A stretch of DNA of 64,000 nucleotides from Paramoeba atlantica. Lineage: Eukaryota > Protista > Discosea. Positions 56,467-64,000 of this stretch are shown piece by piece (the stretch's first letter is position 1; every line of letters starts with the position of its first letter). The notes under the pieces were generated by a model. That model saw only the letters and a list, made by a program, of their open reading frames with translations. It did no database searches and was not told the DNA's origin. The stretch spans positions 1 through 64,000 of the forward strand of contig CDRNVI010000050.1 of assembly GCA_977017575.1 (NCBI GenBank), in the 5' to 3' direction. The translations under genes were made by a program, and so were the position numbers.

Positions 56467-57260
56467 GAGAGCACAGAGGCTATCTGGAAGAATGAATTCT
56501 GTTGAGGATGATGGGGTTGGATGGAAGGAAAAGATGAGGCAAAGAAGGTTCTGGAAGGCGAATAGGAATTTGTAAAGCACAATGGTAAAGATGCGCCTTT
56601 TGAAGTGTCATGTGAAAATGATTCAGTTATTTTCGAGCGGTTTTTCGGTGCCATGGAGTCCTCAAAACTTAGTGCAACTTCTTACTCCCATTCTTGTGTC
56701 CAATACACCTCTGAAAGGTTTTTAACCCAGTATTCAATAGTGGTATAGGACAGCTTGCGGAGCCTTGTTCTTGGCTTTGTTGCTGAAGCTGAAACATCTG
56801 CAAGGATTTTCCTGTCAGTGGATGGTGGTTAGGGTCTACGTATCCAAGTGTAATATCGTAGCGAATACTTCATAAAACTTAAAAAGTGTAATCTGGGTAC
56901 CGATTAATATCAGCTTGCTTTTCAATATTCCAATGTCACTTTAATGTTCAATTAGTCACTTTACCGGTGATGCGCTTTGCAGCGCAAAATATACAAAAAA
57001 AAACAATGGAGATACGTAAGTACAGGGGAGGTTATTGACCTCCCCCCCCCCCGTCGTGGGGAATTTTGATTCTTTTTTTTTCGTTTTTGCTCATTGTTGT
57101 TGCAAAGAAGAGATCTCTCTCCCCTAGCGAAGAGCTTTGCCGCCCTTACTTTCGTGTTACTAACACGGAACATGGCTTATTACGATTTTCCGATTTCCAA
57201 CTTGTTTTTATGCAAGAATTATGTGCTTCAGTCAACTTTTCTTATTTCCCTAGCAGAAGT

Positions 57261-57965
57261 ATGAACACGAGCATTCCACTGAGGGCTGCAAAGGTGCGAG
57301 GAAACTTGCCGCCTCCAGAATATCAACTTGCGCATCTCATTGAAAACGTGAAACTTCATCGGCCGTCATGGAATATAGACACTCCCGCTTGTAGGTGGAG
57401 TGGAATCACATGCGATGAGGAAGGCCGTGTTACTGAAATTGAATGGCATCGATTCCGCCTTTCGGGGATTCTTCGGTGGGAATTTCTCCCTCATGCTCTG
57501 GTTCTTTTAAAACTCTACAGTAATGGACTGGAAGGTGAGGTACCTTTTACGGAGCTGCCACCGAAGCTTCTTAATTTCTGCATTGATGGTAATTTTTTTC
57601 GTGGAAAGGCTGACTTCACTGCGCTTCCAGGTAATATGGCCTATATGGTCTTGAGTAACAACAATTTTTCCGGAGAGATCTGTCTCACCAAGTTACCTCA
57701 AACTCTTTATTTGCTTGAATTGGTTAGCAATCAATTCAGTGGGCCGTTGGATTTAACAAACCTTCCTTCCGCAATGAATTCACTTCTTCTAAATAGCAAT
57801 CGTTTTCGTGGTCATGTCAGCTTGAGTTCTCTTCCCAAAGGAATGGGTCAACTGGGCTTGGACGGTAACCCGTTTCTGTACGTTAAAGACAGTGCATTCA
57901 AGGAGGAAGCTTTTCGAGTTCCGGGAGGAAATGTAATGGATCTTGTGAAGAAGGTAATTCCTTAA
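57261..57965 (+). CDS. Short LRR protein, subfamily B (ATG 57261; ORF open from 57066)
   Basis: MNTSIPLRAAKVRGNLPPPEYQL; paralogue of 44258-44962. Confidence 0.85.
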   Translation: MNTSIPLRAAKVRGNLPPPEYQLAHLIENVKLHRPSWNIDTPACRWSGITCDEEGRVTEIEWHRFRLSGILRWEFLPHALVLLKLYSNGLEGEVPFTELPPKLLNFCIDGNFFRGKADFTALPGNMAYMVLSNNNFSGEICLTKLPQTLYLLELVSNQFSGPLDLTNLPSAMNSLLLNSNRFRGHVSLSSLPKGMGQLGLDGNPFLYVKDSAFKEEAFRVPGGNVMDLVKKVIP

Positions 57966-58502
57966 CAATACGCATAGCCATCAAAGTAGACTTTAACGAT
58001 CGTACTTGGGCCCACAAACGTTCCATGAACAAAATTCAGGGAGATACGGAATACAGGTTGGAACTTACTATAATTAAGTGTAATTACGCGACACGTTAAT
58101 TAAGGCACATCCCCTTTTAGGTTGAAAATGTCCTGTAATTCTCGAAGACTATATCTTGAAGATTCATTCACTCTCGATTCACAGGATTTATCGACCTGTA
58201 ATTCAGTGTCCTTTATTGCAGCGGTTATTTTACATAACTACCGCTCTACCCTCGTTTATTGAAGAAACAAAGTGAACAAAAACAGTGAAAAAATAAAGCT
58301 CTCGTTGGTAATTCTTCACACAGAATAGACTTGGAGTTTTTACCTCCTCTCCTGAACGTTTGTAATCTATGTTCGAAGTTTCCGAACCTCAGTCGCCTGC
58401 CCGAGACCTTGCGTGACTAAAATCTCCGTTGTTGTCTTTCGATAATTTGACACCAGAACAAGGAACGATCCTCTTCAACCCTTTTTTATTTACCTCTTCT
58501 CT

Positions 58503-58641
<139 letters not shown>

Positions 58642-58662
58642 AACACTTTCTCCCCCTCTCTC

Positions 58663-61266
58663 ATGTCCAGCACAACCGAATGGACCCAAATGGCCCAACG
58701 CGCCCTCTCCACCGCTCTCGCCATGGCCAAACAAAAAGGCTGTGGTTTTCTCTCCCCGTTCCACCTCGCCTGTGCCCTTTTCGAGGACCCCCACGGGCTG
58801 GCCGCGCGGGTGGCGCAAAAACTGGGGGCCGACCCGACCCATTTAGAGAGGCTGTTTCGTGAAAAAGCCAACGCGCTTCCGGGACAATCCCCTCCCCCGG
58901 CCTCGGTCTCCCCGAACAGTGAACTCCAGCGCATTTTAAACACCGCGGAGCAGAAACGAATTTCTCTGCAGGACACGCTGCTGGCCGTGGATCACTTTTT
59001 ACTCAGTCTCCACGAGAGCCGGGAGCTCGGGGAGGTTCTGACCCGACAGGGGCTTTCGAAAAAAGCGATCGAGGGGAAAGTCACGGAGCTGCGAAAGGGT
59101 AAAAAGGTGACCTCCGCGCATCAGGAAACCACCTATGAGGCGCTGGAGAAATACAGCCAGGACATTTGCCAACTCGCGGAGGAGGGGAAGATCGACCCGG
59201 TGGTGGGGCGGGATGAGGAGATCCGTCGCACCATTCGGGTGTTAAGCCGACGGACGAAAAATAACCCCGTGCTGATTGGGGAGCCCGGGGTGGGGAAGAC
59301 GGCGATCGTGGAGGGGATAGCCCAGCGGATTGTGCGAGGGGACATTCCGGAAAGTTTAAAAGGGAGAATTTTTTCTCTTGATATGGGAGCGCTGATTGCG
59401 GGGGCCAGTCACCGTGGGGAGTTTGAGGAAAGATTGAAAGCGGTGCTGAATGAGGTGAAGGAGAATCCGAATGAGATTATTTTGTTTATTGATGAGATTC
59501 ATCTGGTGCTGGGTGCGGGAAAAGCGGAAGGGGCCATGGATGCGGCGAATTTGTTAAAGCCCATGCTCGCACGAGGGGAGTTGCGAACCATTGGGGCCAC
59601 GACCCTTCAAGAGTACCGAAAGCATGTGGAAAAAGACGCCGCTTTTGAGCGCCGGTTTCAGCCTGTCTACGTTAACGAGCCCAATGTCCCGGACTGTATT
59701 TCTATTCTTCGAGGACTCCAGGAGCGGTATGAAACCCATCATGGGGTACAGATCACGGATAACGCGATTGTGCTCGCCGCTCAGCTCTCGGATCGGTACA
59801 TCACCAATCGATTTCTCCCGGACAAGGCGATTGATTTAATCGATGAGGCTTGTGCCAACGTTCGCGTACAGCTGGACTCACGACCGGAGAACATCGACAC
59901 CTTAGAGCGCCGTCAACGACAACTGGAGATTGAAACCAAAGCCCTGGAACGGGATTCGGAAAATCCCAAAAACAAAGAACGTCTGCAAGCAATCCAGGCC
60001 GAGATTCAACGCATCCGAGACGAACTCGGGCCTCTCCTGGCCCGTTACGAAGCCGAGCGCAGTCTGGTGCATCAACTCACCGATCTACAAACCCGTTTAG
60101 AGGAAAAACGGGTAAAACTCGAACGTGCGGAGCGCTCCCACGACATGGAAGCTGCCGCGGATCTTCGCTACAACGCCATCCCGCAAATCCAAGACATGAT
60201 TCGTTCCACAAAAGAAAAAATGGAACGTGAAAAAAAAACCCACATGTTACAAAACTGTGTCACAGAAAACGACATTGCGCTGATCGTGGCGCGGTGGACC
60301 GGAATCCCCGTGAGTAAACTCAACCAAACCGAGCAGCAGCGGCTGCTTCACCTCCCCGCGGTCCTCCACCGGCGTATCCAGGGCCAGGAGGAGGCCGTGG
60401 CTGCGGTCTCCGAGGCGATTCTGCGCTCCCGTGCGGGACTCTCCCACCGGTCCCGCCCCACGGGATGTTTTCTCTTCATCGGGCCCACGGGGGTGGGAAA
60501 GACAGAGCTCGCGAAAGCGCTCGCCTCTGAGCTCTTCGACAGTGAAAAGAATATGGTCCGAATCGACATGAGTGAGTACATGGAGCCCCACAGCGTGGCA
60601 CGGCTTGTCGGGGCGCCCCCGGGGTATGTCGGGCATGAGGAAGGGGGCCAACTCACGGAGCCCGTGCGACGACGACCGCACTCCGTGGTGCTGTTCGATG
60701 AGGTGGAGAAGGCCCACCCGAACGTGCTGAATGTGCTGCTGCAAACCCTCGATGATGGACGACTCACGGATAGCCAAGGCCGAACGGTGGATTTTACCAA
60801 CACCGTGATGATCTTGACCTCCAATTTGGGGGCTGAGTTTTTGCAACACGCCCCGGAGAGTCCAGGGATTCATGAGGTGGCGAAGGGTAAAGTTTTGCAA
60901 GCGGTTCGACAGTTTTTTCGTCCCGAGTTTCTTAACCGACTGGATGATATTGTTATGTTTAAAAGACTCGGGTTTGCGGAACTTCATGGGATTGTGGAGG
61001 CGTTGGTGAAAACGTTAAATCAGCAGCTCGCGGAGAAACGCGTGACGGTGGTGCTGGAGCCCGCGGCTAAGACGTTTATTCTGGAACAAGCCTATGACCC
61101 GGAATTTGGAGCACGACCGTTAAAACGGTGGATGGATAAAAATGTGGTCACCCAGCTGAGTCGGATGATCATAAGTAATGAGCTCGTGGAGGACAGTGTC
61201 GTGGAGGTCGGGTTGGATAGCAGCGGGAGCAGGCTGCGTTTTGTGGTGAAAGGGGGGAAGGTGTAA
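58663..61266 (+). CDS. HSP100: HSP100/ClpB disaggregase (true start ATG 58663)
   Basis: EWTQ N-terminus as in the Leishmania protein, two Walker A motifs (GEPGVGKT, GPTGVGKT), RRTKNNPVLIG, RIDMSEYME and FRPEFLNRLD. Confidence 0.97.
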   Translation: MSSTTEWTQMAQRALSTALAMAKQKGCGFLSPFHLACALFEDPHGLAARVAQKLGADPTHLERLFREKANALPGQSPPPASVSPNSELQRILNTAEQKRISLQDTLLAVDHFLLSLHESRELGEVLTRQGLSKKAIEGKVTELRKGKKVTSAHQETTYEALEKYSQDICQLAEEGKIDPVVGRDEEIRRTIRVLSRRTKNNPVLIGEPGVGKTAIVEGIAQRIVRGDIPESLKGRIFSLDMGALIAGASHRGEFEERLKAVLNEVKENPNEIILFIDEIHLVLGAGKAEGAMDAANLLKPMLARGELRTIGATTLQEYRKHVEKDAAFERRFQPVYVNEPNVPDCISILRGLQERYETHHGVQITDNAIVLAAQLSDRYITNRFLPDKAIDLIDEACANVRVQLDSRPENIDTLERRQRQLEIETKALERDSENPKNKERLQAIQAEIQRIRDELGPLLARYEAERSLVHQLTDLQTRLEEKRVKLERAERSHDMEAAADLRYNAIPQIQDMIRSTKEKMEREKKTHMLQNCVTENDIALIVARWTGIPVSKLNQTEQQRLLHLPAVLHRRIQGQEEAVAAVSEAILRSRAGLSHRSRPTGCFLFIGPTGVGKTELAKALASELFDSEKNMVRIDMSEYMEPHSVARLVGAPPGYVGHEEGGQLTEPVRRRPHSVVLFDEVEKAHPNVLNVLLQTLDDGRLTDSQGRTVDFTNTVMILTSNLGAEFLQHAPESPGIHEVAKGKVLQAVRQFFRPEFLNRLDDIVMFKRLGFAELHGIVEALVKTLNQQLAEKRVTVVLEPAAKTFILEQAYDPEFGARPLKRWMDKNVVTQLSRMIISNELVEDSVVEVGLDSSGSRLRFVVKGGKV

Positions 61267-61725
61267 GGCGGAGAGCGGGGAGTGGAAGAATAGATATGAG
61301 TTTTTTTGCCTTCGAAGGGGTTTGTATATTTGTGGGGATCAGATAGCAAATAACGAAAGTAAAGCTTTTTCTCATGTGTTTTTTATCTTCAATTTGGGTC
61401 TGAATTCTTCTTAGAATTTAGTGCCCGTGTTTAAGTTTAAGCATTTGGTTGGCAGCGTTGCTTTTTTTAAGTGACTTCTATTTTTTTGCTTCTTTTAGAA
61501 ACACGTTAAATGTGAATAGTAACAATAACAAAAACGTATTTATAGAAAAAATACCTCTTTTCTTACCTCCTTCTTTTTCCTTCTTTCTCTCCTACCCTTT
61601 CCTTTCCTATATCCCCACCCTCTCCCCTATCTTCTTCACCTCTCTCTCTCTTTCTTTTTTATCTCCTAAAAACCCTCTTATACCCCAAAAACCCCTTATA
61701 CCCTTATCCAAGCCTTCTAAATACC

Positions 61726-63081
61726 ATGTCCGACCCCTTATCCTGCCCTCCCCCCTCTTCCTCTTCCCGCTCCGACTGCCTTTCCTGGCTCAACACCGTC
61801 CTGGGACTCTCCTACACCTCCATCGAGCAATGCGGCTCCGGGGAGGCCTTTGTTTTTTTATTTTCTTATTTAAGCTCCACGCCATGTCCCCGGCACCGGG
61901 TCCGCTCCCCCGTGCGCTCCCCTTCGGAGGCGCTGCATAATTTTAAATTACTGCAAGAGCTGTTTGCGGCAGAGTGTACGACGAAGGAGTTGGAGGTACG
62001 CAAATTAGCCGCGGGCAACTTTCAGCATAATTTAGAGTTGCTGCAGTGGATGAAGGGGCAGAGTGAGAGGGTAGGAGGGTGGGGGTGGGGGGGAGAGAAA
62101 AGGGGGGGAGAAGAAATCCAACAACAACAACAAATCCAACAAAAACGACAATATGGGGGGCTAGGGGGAATAAAGGAGCTCTCAAGTAGCTCTGGAGGTC
62201 GTTTAGGACGAACCTCTCCGCGGTTGACACGGTCGAGTGTGAATTCGTATCGTGCAGGGAGTGTGGGAAAAAGTAGTCGAGCCCCGAGTGTTGGGGGGAC
62301 AAGCGCGGTGGTGGGGATGCAAAAGGAGAGAAGTAAAACCGGGGCGGTGTCCGGACAGCGGGGTTTGTTTTCGTCGTGTTCCTCTGCGCTTCGCACGCCT
62401 TTTTCGAAAATGGGTTCTTATGCGTTGGACGCGCACGGGGAGGGGAATTTTGATTTCGAGCCCAGCATTCGACCACCTCTGCCTTCTTCCTCGTTTGAGA
62501 CCCCGCTGGGAAAAGCACTCGGGAGAGTGCGTAGTGCCTCGAGACAGCGTACGGTGCCTTCCGGGAGTTTATCTCAAATGAGCGCCGCCGTAAAGGATAA
62601 AAACCAAAAGGGTGTGCTTCCCCGATCATCGAGAACCCCAACGACATCGAATTTGTCGTATCCCACCCAACGCTCCTCGAGTGTTTCGACAAATCGAACG
62701 GGTTTCATGTCGCGATCGAATGGTTTGAGTAAAAATACGAATGCTGCTGTTTCTTCAAGGGTATCGAGTGTTCGAGAAACTGGAGTACGAGCGAATTTGA
62801 GGACACAACCACGAACCCCCACGCAAGGCACTTTTTCATCGTCTGTGAGTTCCAATCGTTTTACGAGAGGACCAAGTTTTTCAGGGAATAGCCTAAGTTC
62901 TCGAGGAATGGGAAGAAACGAGGAGGCGTTGCTGCGGTATAAAAAAGAGGCGGAGATGTATCAAAGAAAACTACACGATTTGGTGACCTATTTCAAGGAC
63001 GAGACGTTGTTAGCGCTGCATGATAAAGAGCAGGTTGTGGAACACGCGCGAGAGCTGTTGTCGAGCGCTCCAAATGAGTGA
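61726..63081 (+). CDS. EB1: Microtubule end-binding EB1-like protein (CH domain, long S/R-rich linker, short coiled coil)
   Basis: LSWLNTVLGLSYTSIEQCGSG..NFKLLQELF..KLAAGNFQHNLELLQWMK. Confidence 0.8.
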   Translation: MSDPLSCPPPSSSSRSDCLSWLNTVLGLSYTSIEQCGSGEAFVFLFSYLSSTPCPRHRVRSPVRSPSEALHNFKLLQELFAAECTTKELEVRKLAAGNFQHNLELLQWMKGQSERVGGWGWGGEKRGGEEIQQQQQIQQKRQYGGLGGIKELSSSSGGRLGRTSPRLTRSSVNSYRAGSVGKSSRAPSVGGTSAVVGMQKERSKTGAVSGQRGLFSSCSSALRTPFSKMGSYALDAHGEGNFDFEPSIRPPLPSSSFETPLGKALGRVRSASRQRTVPSGSLSQMSAAVKDKNQKGVLPRSSRTPTTSNLSYPTQRSSSVSTNRTGFMSRSNGLSKNTNAAVSSRVSSVRETGVRANLRTQPRTPTQGTFSSSVSSNRFTRGPSFSGNSLSSRGMGRNEEALLRYKKEAEMYQRKLHDLVTYFKDETLLALHDKEQVVEHARELLSSAPNE

Positions 63082-63469
63082 AAGAGGGGAAAATGTGGTT
63101 TATAGATATTTTTTTTGAAATCATAAGAAACGAAGGGTGTAGAATATGAAAAAGGGGGAGATATGGTGTTTTATGCTTTTAATGTTATTGGAAATCGAGT
63201 GCAAAGCTTGTTCATGTTACAATTTACAGTACAGGAACATTCTAATATGAAGCGCTGTGATCGCTTACATACTGTAGATAGAAGCTTACAAACTACAGCA
63301 ACACGCTTTCCTAAATTTTACAAGCATTGCAGACTTTGAGTTTGTAGTTTTGATGGAGAACGTTGTGGTTCACAACGTTTCAAAACGAACCAATCGATCT
63401 CCACCATCACAGAAACCAATAGAAAACTCTTTTCTATCCCTTTTCTTCCCCCTCTCACCCCTTACCCCC

Positions 63470-64000
63470 ATGTCACCTCCCCCCTGTATTTTCTTCCCCC
63501 ACAAAACCCACACCACGGAACTCCACAAAGGGTACGGTAAAGTGATTCTCTTTGGGGAACACTTTGTGGTCTACGGCGAGCCCGCACTCGTCGCGGCGGT
63601 CTCGGAGTACACCGCGTGTTCGATTCAAGTGCTGCAATGTCCTGATGCTTCGCTTTTTAGCCAATTTGCTCATAGCAGCGCTCCGTTTTTAAACAACAAC
63701 TTCGAAAACACTTCTCCTTCTTTAAACAACAACAGCGATTCATACTTATCCACACTTCCTATAATCCGAATGGAAGTCACGGATCGTCGTCCCGCAGTCC
63801 CGGGATACAAACACGAGAAACGATTTGAACAACGCAAAGCGCATCGTCTTGTTTTGGAGCATCTCTTTCAAATTTCGCTTTTAGACGTGAATGAAGTTGA
63901 AAATAGAAGTGAAACCAGTGAGGCACCAAAAGACAAGAACAAACGGTTTACCGCATTATTTGACTGGAGTACGGACGAAGGTGGTGAGAGTGAAACGAGC
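63470..64000 (+). CDS. MVK: Mevalonate kinase, kinetoplastid type, 5' part (runs off the window)
   Basis: Read manually from ATG 63470: GYGKVILFGEHFVVYG..VSEYTAC..DRRPAVPGYK..EQRKAHRLVLEHL. Confidence 0.92.
   Translation, partial: MSPPPCIFFPHKTHTTELHKGYGKVILFGEHFVVYGEPALVAAVSEYTACSIQVLQCPDASLFSQFAHSSAPFLNNNFENTSPSLNNNSDSYLSTLPIIRMEVTDRRPAVPGYKHEKRFEQRKAHRLVLEHLFQISLLDVNEVENRSETSEAPKDKNKRFTALFDWSTDEGGESETS

Noticed and set aside
56467-56900. Read-through or frameshift extension of UPF2
   Set aside because: All three frames contain stops within ~100 nt, and UPF2 already ends with a plausible C-terminal region.

Overview
Eukaryotic, kinetoplastid-type genomic DNA. It most resembles a Perkinsela-like prokinetoplastid; this is inferred from kinetoplastid-type mevalonate kinase, HSP100, PolI-like mitochondrial polymerase, KAP-like protein and the expanded short-LRR family. 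All recognisable host genes are intronless and on the + strand, consistent with one polycistronic cluster: phosphate carrier (partial), OB-fold protein x2, KAP-like, RPS20, mitochondrial PolI, inactive RsuA-like protein, a hypothetical protein, UPF2, HSP100, EB1 and mevalonate kinase (partial). Eleven short LRR paralogues with hypervariable concave-face residues are interspersed among them. The intergenic DNA is crowded with class II transposon derivatives showing TA, 8-bp and TTAA target duplications, plus a hairpin-ended repeat family, Tc1 and Merlin-like remnants and a CRE-like retroposon fragment. An 8.29-kb tandem duplication (1450-9739 / 9745-18000) carries a 2.7-kb TIR/TA-bounded Tc1/IS630-like element. 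Its reconstructed transposase (~635 aa, DD49E) can only be read through two +1 shifts, both at an ATT codon followed directly by a stop. This is the top candidate for an undescribed mechanism (stop-dependent +1 recoding). All family assignments come from motif recognition by eye; no database searches were run.
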